A stretch of DNA of 64,000 nucleotides from an uncultured Nitrososphaerota archaeon (GCA_963718895.1 CAVRAG010000007.1:64001-128000); one strand, 5' to 3'; counted from the first letter of the stretch, positions 1-9,721 are shown. Program-made: numbers and translations. Notes: a model not told the origin generated them from the sequence alone.

Positions 1-1
1 T

Positions 2-814
2 CGGTACAGAGTTGAAGGCAGGGTTGAAAGCGACCGGGGTACCGAAGCCCCCGTTGTTCATGACGTACTGCGTGTCGAAGATCAGGCCCGTGAACTGGAC
101 CCACATCTGCGGGAAGTACGGGAACGGTCCGAGGAGGTTGAATCCGATCTCGTTCTGGTTCACCACATAGATCGGCCAGTTCTTGTTCGTCATGATGCTC
201 ATCAGCTGAGCGTTGGGGCTGATCAGCTGGTTCTTCGTCGAGCTCATGAGTGCGAGGGTGCTCGGGCCGAAGTCAGCGTTGTTCATGTTGAAGACAGAGT
301 AGCCCACTGCCCAACCGGAGTTGTTCCCTGAGAGATAGTAGTCACCGTAGAGAGCTCCCCAGACCTGGTAGGCGTTGAACTGGTCGCCGTTGGAGAAGGT
401 GACGCCCTGCTGGAGTTGGAAGGTCCATGTGTCGCCGCTCGCAGAGGAGTTCCAGCTAGCAGCGAGCATCGGGAGGAGCTTGAGGGTGCCGTTGGAGTAC
501 AGGACGTTGCCGTTGGCAGTCACGAGAGACTGGTACACGGTGTAGTCCAACCAGTTGGGATAGGGGATGGCACCTATCGAGTAGAGCTGGTTGAGGTTAC
601 CGTTGGGCCAGGTCTCGTCGTCGATCGTAAGCGTGCTGACCTGCGCGCCCGTCCCTGAAGAGGTCGAAGATGTCGAGCCGGTCGAGGTATTCGAGGTACT
701 ACTGGCGGTCAGGAAGTAGACCGCACCCGCGGCAGCGACTATCAGTACCACCACAATAATAGCAGCTATAATCGTCCGTCCAATTGCCGTCCGTTTCTCG
801 GATGCTACAAGCAT
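2..814 (-). CDS. ABC transporter substrate-binding protein, family 5 (OppA/DppA-like), 5' part; runs off the window
   Basis: Read by hand from ATG 814: MLVASEKRTAIGRTIIAAIIVVVLIVAAAGAVYFL, then an S/T linker, then VYQSLV...LPMLAASW...TWTFQLQQGVTFSNGDQFNA (family-5 SBP signature). Confidence 0.85.
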   Translation of the reverse strand, partial: MLVASEKRTAIGRTIIAAIIVVVLIVAAAGAVYFLTASSTSNTSTGSTSSTSSGTGAQVSTLTIDDETWPNGNLNQLYSIGAIPYPNWLDYTVYQSLVTANGNVLYSNGTLKLLPMLAASWNSSASGDTWTFQLQQGVTFSNGDQFNAYQVWGALYGDYYLSGNNSGWAVGYSVFNMNNADFGPSTLALMSSTKNQLISPNAQLMSIMTNKNWPIYVVNQNEIGFNLLGPFPYFPQMWVQFTGLIFDTQYVMNNGGFGTPVAFNPAFNSVP

Positions 815-838
815 CAAGGCGCTATAGAATCACATTGG

Positions 839-846
839 TTATATAA
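839..846 (-). promoter_or_regulatory. TATA box for the SBP gene (probably a leaderless mRNA)
   Basis: TTATATAA 25 nt upstream of ATG 814 in an AT-rich intergenic stretch. Confidence 0.6.
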
Positions 847-1032
847 TCTTAGCGATTGGTTGTGCATTCTCGGAATTAACACCGGATTATTGCAACATCC
901 CTGGCATAAATCCTAAGTTCTCGGGGTGACCCTTTGAGGCTCTCCGCCCGGGCGCGTTCTGCAGATGAGAACGGCCGTTTCCCTGCGTAGTATTAAGACC
1001 CCTGGCTCACATTGGTACCTCAGTGAAAACAG

Positions 1033-2286
1033 ATGTCAAGTTCAAGAGGAAACAAAGCGAATCGCGTCAAGGCAACGGCACTGGCCGCAGGGCTTTCACT
1101 TGTGGCCATCATGCTGGTAGGAGCGGCGCCCAGTTGGGCGGCGACGTCAAGTCCGACCTTTGACAACGTCCAGATCTTCGTCCACACCGCCAACAGCACC
1201 TTCACGGGGACGTACACCGTGACGGCATACAACTCGACAGGGGACGCCGTCATCACGTACCAGACGCCATACCCTGCGGCTTCTTTCGAGCTCCCTAGCG
1301 CGAGCTACATTTTCTCCGTGAGCGCGGACTCGCAGTATCAGGGGTACTGTTATCCGGTGACCCCCGTGACGACCGCGACCGGCGTGAGCAGCCCGCCCGT
1401 CTCGACCGCGACCGCCTCGTCAGGGTCGTCGAGCGGAGGCGCGGCGATAAAGCTCCCCCCATGCTACTTGGGGTACCCCCAGTCTGAGTACGGTTTCGTT
1501 GCCCAGCAGGTCACGGGTCCCACGAGCATAACCGTCTCGACGGTGCCCATCCAGAACTTCCCCACCACCACTGTCAGCGTGCACGTGACATACGCCAACG
1601 GTACGGCCGCCTCGGGCGCAAGCGTCTATGCCAATGTACTTGGAGGGAACTGGTACAGTATAGACGGCAATTCCGTCCTGAACACCTCGGGACAAGTCGG
1701 GAACGACGGAAACGCCAAGCTGGTCGTCCCAACAGCCCCCGTGCAAGTCACGGCTTGGAACTGGGTCCCAGTCAACCTCCCCAAGAGCCCCGGTACCACG
1801 CAGGTTACAGTCGGAGGCGAGAAGGTGAACGTCTCCGTGACGTGGCAGCCGGCCTACGTGGGCTTCGCGGGCTCCGTGCTCATAGTCCCGCCCCAGACCA
1901 GCGCCAGCATAGTCCTGAAGCTCCAGCAGCCGCAGTTCTGGGCCACGCCACTTGGAGTCGCGAACCAAGGCTCCCTGAGCTCGGCGACGTCGACCGGAGC
2001 AGCGGCAGTGTCCGGAGCCGCGGGGACGGTGTCCAGCACTCCTAACCTGGTGCCGGCGAGTCTCACTTCGGCGCAGAGCACCGGTCAGGCCTCGACCCAG
2101 ACCGTCGTCCAGACATCCACTGTCACGGAACCCAGATCTTCCCCACCCGTGACGACAGCGACAACCACCTCGACAACACCTGCGGCAACCAACTACGACA
2201 CGGTCCTCTTCACGGTGGTCGGGGCACTCGCGTTGGGGATCGCCTCCGCGAGTCTCATCATAGTCAGGAGAAGGCCCGACGCCTAA
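1033..2286 (+). CDS. Secreted Ser/Thr-rich cell-surface protein with C-terminal membrane anchor
   Basis: Signal peptide ending APSWA, S/T-rich linkers, C-terminal TM segment followed by RRR. Confidence 0.75.
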   Translation: MSSSRGNKANRVKATALAAGLSLVAIMLVGAAPSWAATSSPTFDNVQIFVHTANSTFTGTYTVTAYNSTGDAVITYQTPYPAASFELPSASYIFSVSADSQYQGYCYPVTPVTTATGVSSPPVSTATASSGSSSGGAAIKLPPCYLGYPQSEYGFVAQQVTGPTSITVSTVPIQNFPTTTVSVHVTYANGTAASGASVYANVLGGNWYSIDGNSVLNTSGQVGNDGNAKLVVPTAPVQVTAWNWVPVNLPKSPGTTQVTVGGEKVNVSVTWQPAYVGFAGSVLIVPPQTSASIVLKLQQPQFWATPLGVANQGSLSSATSTGAAAVSGAAGTVSSTPNLVPASLTSAQSTGQASTQTVVQTSTVTEPRSSPPVTTATTTSTTPAATNYDTVLFTVVGALALGIASASLIIVRRRPDA

Positions 2287-2302
2287 GAACTCCAGCCTCC
2301 TC

Positions 2303-2334
2303 CGATTCGAGGGTGTCTCCTCGCCCTCGAATCG
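2303..2334 (+). terminator. Hairpin after the surface-protein gene
   Basis: CGATTCGAGGG-N10-CCCTCGAATCG perfect 11-bp inverted repeat just after the stop; no U-tract. Confidence 0.4.
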
Positions 2335-2493
2335 AGTTGCTGACTGTGCTCTCTCCATTTGGTCACGACAACGATCAACGGCCAGACGCAGAGTGAAGGG
2401 GTCACGGTCGGCGCACTGGATAGCTGAGAAACGAATGGGAACGTAATGCGCGCGTTATCGTTAAATGCAGATTCTCATAAGATTGATGCGAAA

Positions 2494-2727
2494 ATGGAGA
2501 CAGTCGTTGACGGGCGTGGAAGGATCCTGATACCTCAGGAGTTGAGGAGAGAGCTTGGACTTGCCGAAGGCACGGTCGTGGATGTGGAGAGAGCCGAAGG
2601 CGGCATAATGCTGACTCCCGCTGGAAAGAAGCGGCCCTCGTGGAGAGAATTGAACGGGATGAAGCCCAAGAGGACAGGGGAACCTGAATGGCCCACTCCA
2701 GAAGAGATCAAGCGTATCTGGGCATAG
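2494..2727 (+). CDS. vapB: AbrB/MazE/SpoVT-family antitoxin
   Basis: METVVDGRGRILIPQELRRELGLAEG AbrB motif; overlaps the PIN gene. Confidence 0.85.
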   Translation: METVVDGRGRILIPQELRRELGLAEGTVVDVERAEGGIMLTPAGKKRPSWRELNGMKPKRTGEPEWPTPEEIKRIWA

Positions 2728-3121
2728 ACACCAATGTCCTCGTCGCGTATCTGGACGGAGACCACCCAGCACACCGCCGAGCCGAATGGCTTTCGGGGGA
2801 AGCAGTGGTGCTCAATCCGACTGTGATCCACGAAGCATATCACACGCTCGTCTTCGAGAGGGGGTGGCTCAAGGAGGATGCCTCAGAAGCCCTCGTAAAA
2901 TCTGCAACCGATGAACGGAATCTCTTCGTCATCAGACATTGATGACAACGAGAATGGGGCTTCATCTCGCCAGAAAGTACTCGCTGGGCGGAAGAGATGC
3001 GCTAGTCCTCGGAAATCTTCTCGCCGCCGGGATACGGGTGCTCGTGACCCTCGATGGGGAGTTGATGGAGCTAAAGAGGGCGGAGTATGGAAAAGGGGTA
3101 CTTTCAGTTCGATCTCTTTGA
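2688..3121 (+). pseudogene. vapC: PIN-domain toxin, frameshifted near 2930 (pseudogene or assembly error)
   Basis: GIDTNVLV...E in ORF 2688-2942; RDAL...LVTLD continues in ORF 2939-3121. Confidence 0.8.
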
Positions 3122-3172
3122 GAGGGGGTAGACGACGAGGACCCTTGAAACCCTGCGAAACCCCAGACGGCG

Positions 3173-4186
3173 CTACTCTGTTTCACCGGGTCGGAAGTGG
3201 GGGAGAACCTTCTTCTCGAAGAGGTTGAACGCCTTCTCGTCGTCGAACGTGTTGATCTGGACGTAGGCGTGGTCGAAGCCGCACTTGAAGTACTGCTCGA
3301 TCCTCTTGATGATCTCGTTCTCGTCGGTCGCGACGGGGAACACCTCGGCGAGCTGTTCGTCGGTAACCGCCTTCCCCCTCTCCTCTATCTGTCGGGGGTC
3401 TGAGATGTCTGTCGTGAACATCTCGTTGATCAGGGTCGCGGCCCACTTCCTCAGCGTCTTGACCGCGCGGTCGTAGTCCTCGTCGTAGGCCAGGTCTATC
3501 TCGACGACCTTCACGAGGTCGGCCAGCGTCCGACCGGTCTTCTTCGCGCCCTCGGCCACGTTCGGGAAGATGACCTCGTTGATGTACTGGGGCGTCTTCG
3601 CAGAAGTGATTATCCCGTCCCCGTACTCCCCGACGATCTTGGACATCTTCGGTCCCATGGCCGACATGATGATCGGCACGTCGGACTTCATGTAGATGTT
3701 CGCACCCTTGAGCTGGTAGTACTCTCCCTCGAAGTCGACGAACCCGCCCCTCCAGAGCGCCTTCATCATCTTCACCGACTCGATCAGCCTGTCCCTCCTC
3801 TCGGCGTACTTCGGCCAGGGATAGCCTAGGGGGACCTCGTTCATCGCCTCGCCGGTCCCGATGCCCAGCATCACCCTGTGGCCGAATAGCGCCTCCATCG
3901 TTGCGAAGGCCTGGGCGGTTATCGCCGGGTGGTACCTGAAGATCGGAGCCGTGACGGCCGTGCCGAAGGGTATCTTGACCTGCTCCATCGCCGCGCCCAT
4001 CCACACCCAAGTATTGTATTCGGTCGCGCCGGTGTGAAACCAGGGATGGAAATGGTCGCTCACCCAGATTGCATCGAATCCTGCCCTTTCCGCGCGCTGG
4101 CAGAGCTGGACAAGCCTCTTGGGCTCCACCATGTCGGGGCACGCGTTGAAACCTATCGAACCCCTTTCCAGAATCGGTAGCGGCAT
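3173..4186 (-). CDS. F420-dependent LLM oxidoreductase, G6PDH/FGD-like family
   Basis: SDHFHPW, RYHPAITAQAFAT, LGIGTGEAMNE, GEYYQL motifs. Confidence 0.85.
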   Translation of the reverse strand: MPLPILERGSIGFNACPDMVEPKRLVQLCQRAERAGFDAIWVSDHFHPWFHTGATEYNTWVWMGAAMEQVKIPFGTAVTAPIFRYHPAITAQAFATMEALFGHRVMLGIGTGEAMNEVPLGYPWPKYAERRDRLIESVKMMKALWRGGFVDFEGEYYQLKGANIYMKSDVPIIMSAMGPKMSKIVGEYGDGIITSAKTPQYINEVIFPNVAEGAKKTGRTLADLVKVVEIDLAYDEDYDRAVKTLRKWAATLINEMFTTDISDPRQIEERGKAVTDEQLAEVFPVATDENEIIKRIEQYFKCGFDHAYVQINTFDDEKAFNLFEKKVLPHFRPGETE

Positions 4187-4228
4187 GTTCAGGAGCGAGG
4201 TCGGACGGTAGATAAGTCTAGGGGGCCC

Positions 4229-4252
4229 GCGGGGCTCCGCGTCGAGCCCCGC
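4229..4252. promoter_or_regulatory. Inverted repeat in the divergent LLM/iol promoter region (candidate operator)
   Basis: GCGGGGCTC-N6-GAGCCCCGC lying between two outward-facing TATA-like hexamers. Confidence 0.4.
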
Positions 4253-4287
4253 TAAGTTCTAAAGGCAGACGAAACGGTCAGTGCGAG

Positions 4288-5313
4288 ATGACGCGCGCCA
4301 AGTTCAATGCTTTCGAGTACCTGCCGGACAGCGCCTACAACCGGATCACAGATCTCAGGGTGAACGACCCAGACCTCCCCAAGCGCGAAGCGCGCAGGCG
4401 CGTGAGGAGGGACACGCTGACCGACGACGGGAGGCTTGTGCTCCTAGCGGCAGACCACCCCGCGAGGATGACCACCTCAATCCGGGACGATCCCGTCAGG
4501 ATGGGCCGGAGGCAGGAGCTGCTCTCGAGGATCCTGAGGGTCGTCGCCGACTCTCCGTTCGACGGGGTACTCGGGACAGCGGACATCGTCGACGAGCTGC
4601 TGATGATCTCGCACATGGCCGGGAGAGCCTCGCCGTCCAGGTTCCTCAACAAGAAGGTGATCATAGGGAGCGTCAACAGGGGCGGCCTCAGCGGCAGCGC
4701 CTTCGAGCTCGACGACAAGCCGACGGGCTACGACGTCGACGGGATAGTCTCCATGAACCTGGACGGCGCGAAGTTCCTGCTCAGGGTCGACCTCGCGGAC
4801 CGGGACTCGGCCGAGACGATCGGCTACTGCGTCCAGACCGTCGCCGAGTGCAACCGTCAGAACCTCCCGGTCTTCGTGGAACCGCTCCCCATTTCGCTGC
4901 AGGACAAGAAGAAGAGGCTCGACGCGGACCCCCAGAAGCTCATCAAGCTCGTCGGGGTCGCGTCGGCGCTGGGCAGTTCTTCGACGAGGATCTGGCTGAA
5001 GCTGCCGTACTCGGAGAGGTTCGCCGAAGTGGCGAAGGCCACGACCCTTCCGATCCTGCTCCTGGGCGGCGAAGCGAACAAGGACGTGCGCGGCCTTCTC
5101 CGTGAGATCGAAGCGGCGATGAGCGCGGGGCCCAACGTCAGGGGAGTCCTGCTCGGCAGGAGCCTCCTCTATCCCCCCGACGAGGACCCGCTCCCCGTCG
5201 CGTTCGCCATTCACTCCATCGTGCACCACGGGATGACGGCCGCGGAGGCCGAGGCGCGGATGGAGGGTTGGGAGAAGAAGGAGGCCGCGCCCCTGTTTCG
5301 CGGTAACGATTAA
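4288..5313 (+). CDS. Cgl0159-like class I (TIM-barrel) aldolase, probable IolJ-type DKGP aldolase
   Basis: LAADHPAR, DGVLGTADI, GSVNRGGL, FELDD, WLKLP, LLLGG; first gene of the iol operon. Confidence 0.8.
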   Translation: MTRAKFNAFEYLPDSAYNRITDLRVNDPDLPKREARRRVRRDTLTDDGRLVLLAADHPARMTTSIRDDPVRMGRRQELLSRILRVVADSPFDGVLGTADIVDELLMISHMAGRASPSRFLNKKVIIGSVNRGGLSGSAFELDDKPTGYDVDGIVSMNLDGAKFLLRVDLADRDSAETIGYCVQTVAECNRQNLPVFVEPLPISLQDKKKRLDADPQKLIKLVGVASALGSSSTRIWLKLPYSERFAEVAKATTLPILLLGGEANKDVRGLLREIEAAMSAGPNVRGVLLGRSLLYPPDEDPLPVAFAIHSIVHHGMTAAEAEARMEGWEKKEAAPLFRGND

Positions 5314-5340
5314 AATACCTCGCACGGGCCTGTCTTCGTG

Positions 5341-7104
5341 ATGGCGTCCGAACAGCGGACAGGGGCTCAGTACGTCGTCGAGTCGCTGAAGAAGGCGGGA
5401 GTGAGGTACATCTTCGGAATCCCGGGGCACGGCAACGTCTCAATATTTGATGCGGCGCGTGACCTGGCGCCCGACCTCAACGTGGTCCAGGTCAAGCACG
5501 AGCAGTGGGGCGGTCACATGGCCGACGGCTACTTCAGGGCGAACAGGCGCGTCCCCGCTGCGGTCACGACCTCAGTCGGGCCGGGTGCGACCAACCTCGC
5601 CACGGCTTTCGCGACGGCCTACGTCGACTCGTCGACGTTCATCGCGATCACGGGGCAGATCCAGACCTATCTTTTCGGGATGGGGATATTCCAGGAGATA
5701 GAGAGGCAGCGCTGGGTGGACTACTGGAACTCCATGAACCACCTGATCAAGGGGTCCTGGCAGGTCACGACCGGCCGGCAGCTCCCGAAGGTGATGGCCG
5801 ACGCGATGCGGACCGCGCTCACTGGGAGGCCCGGACCGGTTCTCATCGACCTCCCCATGGACATTCAGGTCGAGAAGGTCTCCTACGGGCTTCCAGATCT
5901 GGCGCTTCACATGGCGGACGGGAGGGTCCGGCCCAGCTCGGAGTCCGTCAGAAAGGCGGCGGAACTGCTCCTCTCGGCTCAGAGGCCGGTGATCCTGATA
6001 GGCGGGGGCGTCGTGATGGCGGGGGCCACGAAGGAGCTGGTGGAGCTCGCGGAGTTCGTCGGGGCACCGGTGGTCTGCACGTTCAGGGGCGACTCCAAGG
6101 GCGGCTTCCCCGAGGACCACGAGCTGTACGCCTTCCACCCCGGGAACGTGGGGACGGCCGTCTCGAACGAGATAACGAAGGGGGCCGACGTGCTGCTTGC
6201 GGTGGGGACTACCTTCAGCGACGAGACGACGAGCTCGTACGTGCCCGGAGTCACTTTCAACATCCCGCCCACGAAGCTCATACACATCGACATCGACGCC
6301 CACGAGATAGGGAAGAACTACCCGACCACTGTCGGCATCGTCGCCGACGCCCGCGCAGCTCTCCAAGACCTTCTCGCCGCCGCGATGTCCCTGGGAACAA
6401 AGAGACGGTACCAAGAGTCGGCCTGGTTCGCCCGCCTGAAGGAGCTCAAGGCGGTGTGGGCGGAGGACCTCACCAAGCTGAGGCACGACGTGCCCATGGG
6501 GATCCCGAACCTCGTAGCGATAATGAGGGAGAGGCTCCCGAGGGACGCGATAATCACGCTCAGCGCAGGCCTTCCACAGGAGATACTGTCGCAGCAGTGG
6601 GTGGCCTACAGGCCGGGCACCTTCATCAGCTCCGGGGGATTCTCGACCATGGGGTTCGCCCTCCCGGCCGCCATAGGGGCCAAGCTCGCCCAGCCCAGGA
6701 CCAGCGTCGTGGCGATCGAAGGCGACGGGTCGTTCATGATGAACAGCGTCGAGCTCTCGACCGCGGTCCAGCTCCAGATGCCTCTGGTCGTCGTCCTGCT
6801 CAACAACAGGGGCTGGGTCTCGATAAGGGACCTGCAGATCCGCTCCTTCAGGAACAGGCTCATCAGCACGGAGTTCAACATGGCGGACGGCTCGGCCTAC
6901 GCGATCGATTTCGAGAAGCTCACGAGGGCCTACGGCGCCGAGTACCTCCATGCTGCCGACCCAGAGGGCTTCGGAAAGGCGCTCGACAAGGCGCTCGGGA
7001 TGCAGGTCCCGACCGTGGTCGAGGCGGCGGTTGAGCGGGTCTTCCCGAAGAGCGGCACGAAGTCGTTCGGATTCTGGGACATACCCTCGCCCTACGGGAA
7101 GTGA
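5341..7104 (+). CDS. iolD: ThDP-dependent trihydroxycyclohexane-dione acylhydrolase
   Basis: FGIPGHGNV, TSVGPGATN, GDGSFMM...NN ThDP motif; adjacent to iolC and iolB. Confidence 0.8.
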   Translation: MASEQRTGAQYVVESLKKAGVRYIFGIPGHGNVSIFDAARDLAPDLNVVQVKHEQWGGHMADGYFRANRRVPAAVTTSVGPGATNLATAFATAYVDSSTFIAITGQIQTYLFGMGIFQEIERQRWVDYWNSMNHLIKGSWQVTTGRQLPKVMADAMRTALTGRPGPVLIDLPMDIQVEKVSYGLPDLALHMADGRVRPSSESVRKAAELLLSAQRPVILIGGGVVMAGATKELVELAEFVGAPVVCTFRGDSKGGFPEDHELYAFHPGNVGTAVSNEITKGADVLLAVGTTFSDETTSSYVPGVTFNIPPTKLIHIDIDAHEIGKNYPTTVGIVADARAALQDLLAAAMSLGTKRRYQESAWFARLKELKAVWAEDLTKLRHDVPMGIPNLVAIMRERLPRDAIITLSAGLPQEILSQQWVAYRPGTFISSGGFSTMGFALPAAIGAKLAQPRTSVVAIEGDGSFMMNSVELSTAVQLQMPLVVVLLNNRGWVSIRDLQIRSFRNRLISTEFNMADGSAYAIDFEKLTRAYGAEYLHAADPEGFGKALDKALGMQVPTVVEAAVERVFPKSGTKSFGFWDIPSPYGK

Positions 7105-7110
7105 CCTGGC

Positions 7111-8088
7111 GTGTACGACATAGTCGCGCTGGGCCGCGCCGGTGTGGACCTATACTCGCTCGACTTCGGCGTCCCGTTCAGTGAGATCCGGAAGTTCGCC
7201 AAGTACGTGGGGGGGACCTCAGCCAACGTCATGGTCGGCGCGTCGAGGCTCGGGCTGAAGTGCGCGCTCCTCACGAGAGTCAGCAAGGACGTGCTGGGGG
7301 ACTACGTCATCCAGTACCTCGCAAAGGAAGGCGTCGAGACCAGGTACATCAAACAGGAACGGGACGGAAAGACCGGGATCGTCTTCGCCGAGGTATACCC
7401 GGGCAAGGACTCCATGTTCATCTTCTACCGTGAGAACGCGGCCGACCTGCACATCACGAGGGCCGACGTGCCTCGGACCCTGATCGAGCAGACGCGCTCG
7501 GTCATCGTGACGGGGACCGGCCTCTCGAAGGAGCCGTCCTTCGGGTCGAACCTGCACGCGGCGAGGCTCGGAAAGGAGCTGGGGAAGCTGGTGGTCTTCA
7601 ACCTCGACTGGCGACCCTCGCTTTGGCGCGCGAGCGAGCGCGTACGGACGTCGCGCTACAAGAGGGTCTTCGCCGAGTCGGCCGTCGTCGTGGGGAACGA
7701 GGGGGAGTACCTCGCCGCCACGGGCTCGGGCACGCTCTCCGAGGCCATATCCTCGATTCCGGGGCACGCGATGAAGGTGCTGGTGGTCACCCACGGCGGG
7801 CACGGCGTCTCGGTCATCGAGGGAGCGAGGAGGACGGAGGTCCCGGGCATACCCGTGCGCCTGGTGAAGGGGCTGGGCGGCGGGGACGGGTTCCTCGCAG
7901 GCTTCATGTTCGGATACATTAAGGGATGGAAGGCCGTCCGGGCCGCCAGCCTCGGAAACGCGGTCGGGGCGATGGTCGTGAGGGGCCACGCCTGCTCTGA
8001 GTCGATGCCCAGGCCGAGCGAGCTAAGGGAGTTCCTGAGGGGCAGGAAGATGGCCTTCGACCTGGAGACGCGCCCCTCCAAAGCCTAA
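7111..8088 (+). CDS. iolC: 5-dehydro-2-deoxygluconokinase (PfkB family)
   Basis: LGRAGVDLY, FAKYVGGTSAN, FYRENAADL, DWRP, GGGDGF, HACSESMP. Confidence 0.92.
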   Translation: MYDIVALGRAGVDLYSLDFGVPFSEIRKFAKYVGGTSANVMVGASRLGLKCALLTRVSKDVLGDYVIQYLAKEGVETRYIKQERDGKTGIVFAEVYPGKDSMFIFYRENAADLHITRADVPRTLIEQTRSVIVTGTGLSKEPSFGSNLHAARLGKELGKLVVFNLDWRPSLWRASERVRTSRYKRVFAESAVVVGNEGEYLAATGSGTLSEAISSIPGHAMKVLVVTHGGHGVSVIEGARRTEVPGIPVRLVKGLGGGDGFLAGFMFGYIKGWKAVRAASLGNAVGAMVVRGHACSESMPRPSELREFLRGRKMAFDLETRPSKA

Positions 8089-8132
8089 TATCGCCCTCGA
8101 GGCCGGCGCGGTCCAGGTGCAGCTAGCGCTTG

Positions 8133-8879
8133 ATGCACAGAGATGAAGGAAAACTAGACGAGTTCGAGGAGGTCTGTTCCGTCTCCAACCTCAGGGTGAG
8201 GAGACTGAGGATGAGGAAGGCGAAAGACCTCAGCAGGCTGGGCACGGGATCGACGGAGTCGCTGCTCGTCGTGCTCAACGGCGCCTTGCAAGTCAGGACG
8301 AAGGGGGCGAAGAAGGCGTTCTCCCTGGGAGAGAAGGACACACTCTATCTGCCCAGGCAGTCAGAGTTCTCGGTCGAGGCCACGCTGCCGACGGACCTGA
8401 TATGGGCCCAGGCTCCGGCCGAGAAGTCTTACGCCACCTATGTGAAGCGCTACGCAGAGGCCAAGGTGATCGAGTCGGGCGTCGCCCCGTACAGCAGGCG
8501 GGTGATAACCACCGTGGGGGAGGGCGACCCAGCCAACAGGTTCATCGCGGGCTTCGTCGAGGGATATCAGGGAAACTGGACGAGTTTCCCGCCCCACAAG
8601 CACGACGGGAAGCCGGAGGTCTACATCTACTTCGGCATGGGCAAGCGGTTCGGGGTCCAGGTGGTGGGGGGTACGGGCGAGGAGGAGGCCTTCGTCGTCA
8701 GGGACGGAGACGCGGTCGCCTTCGAGCGCGGCTACCACCCCAACGTCGCGACGCCGGGCGTCGGGATGAGCTTCTTGTGGATAATCAGCGCGGACCCCAA
8801 GGCAAGGACCCTGGCGGTCGAGTTCCATCCCGACTACAAGGACATGCCGATCGGAAAGACGCACCTCTCGTTGAGGTAG
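8133..8879 (+). CDS. iolB: 5-deoxy-glucuronate isomerase (KduI/IolB cupin)
   Basis: GNWTSFPPHKHD, EVYIY, GYHP. Confidence 0.9.
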   Translation: MHRDEGKLDEFEEVCSVSNLRVRRLRMRKAKDLSRLGTGSTESLLVVLNGALQVRTKGAKKAFSLGEKDTLYLPRQSEFSVEATLPTDLIWAQAPAEKSYATYVKRYAEAKVIESGVAPYSRRVITTVGEGDPANRFIAGFVEGYQGNWTSFPPHKHDGKPEVYIYFGMGKRFGVQVVGGTGEEEAFVVRDGDAVAFERGYHPNVATPGVGMSFLWIISADPKARTLAVEFHPDYKDMPIGKTHLSLR

Positions 8880-9129
8880 TCGCGGCACTCGGCAGCTATC
8901 CCGATCCTCCGCCGAGGCGACGGACGGGGATGCCCATCGGCTCGACCTAGAGCCCGCTGTGCGATATGACTACGCAGGCGGGGCTGGGGCACGTGGGAAC
9001 GGTCGCAACGGCGGCGTTGACCATGCCGAGGGCGCCGGTTGTGGACCCAACCACGGGCCGAATCCGCAAACCGTGAAGGGGCTCACACGATTGAATAGAC
9101 GTATGTAACGGCCACTTCCTATCCCTGCC

Positions 9130-9606
9130 ATGCAAGCGAGAAGAAAGCGCATTCTCGCGGTAGCAGCGGTCGCGGTGATCGCGGTTCTAGTCGTGGTAGT
9201 GGTCTCCTTGGCCGAGTATCCGCAGGGTGGATCCCTCTCCAACAACCCCTGTCTGGGACCAGGCAGCTGTCTCTTCGCCGTGACCGGTGAGGTCGCCATC
9301 GATTCGGACCAAGGGGGAGGAATGGTAATCCTGACCGTCGTCAACCACGCGAACCTCCCGTTCATCAACATCACGCTAGTTGACGCCAGTCCCACCCTGC
9401 CCGGGCTGACAGGGTTCACACCATTCACCTACGATGGGAGGGTCGTCAATGCGCTCCACGTGCTGGACATAGGGAACAACTCGACGGGCTACTACTCTTT
9501 CAGATACGGCGGGACTAGCGCGACGTCTTACACCTTCACCCTGGCGGCGATTATGTCAAACGGTCAAATCATCACAGAGGAAGCGAGCATAGTGTCGGAT
9601 TCCTAG
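9130..9606 (+). CDS. Hypothetical N-terminally anchored membrane protein
   Basis: Basic N-terminus, TM helix, beta-rich extracellular part. Confidence 0.65.
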   Translation: MQARRKRILAVAAVAVIAVLVVVVVSLAEYPQGGSLSNNPCLGPGSCLFAVTGEVAIDSDQGGGMVILTVVNHANLPFINITLVDASPTLPGLTGFTPFTYDGRVVNALHVLDIGNNSTGYYSFRYGGTSATSYTFTLAAIMSNGQIITEEASIVSDS

Positions 9607-9721
9607 GCTCGCGAGGGCGGGCTTCCTTCGGCCAGTCAGACCTCCAGGGCCGGGACGATGCCACCGGACGCGGTGGGCAATATCTTTAAGCCCGCAACAT
9701 GCCCGAATGCGCGCGTATCGC

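Noticed and set aside
5341-7104. Acetolactate synthase large subunit
   Set aside because: The GHGNV motif and the iolC/iolB context favour IolD; no ilvH or ilvC nearby
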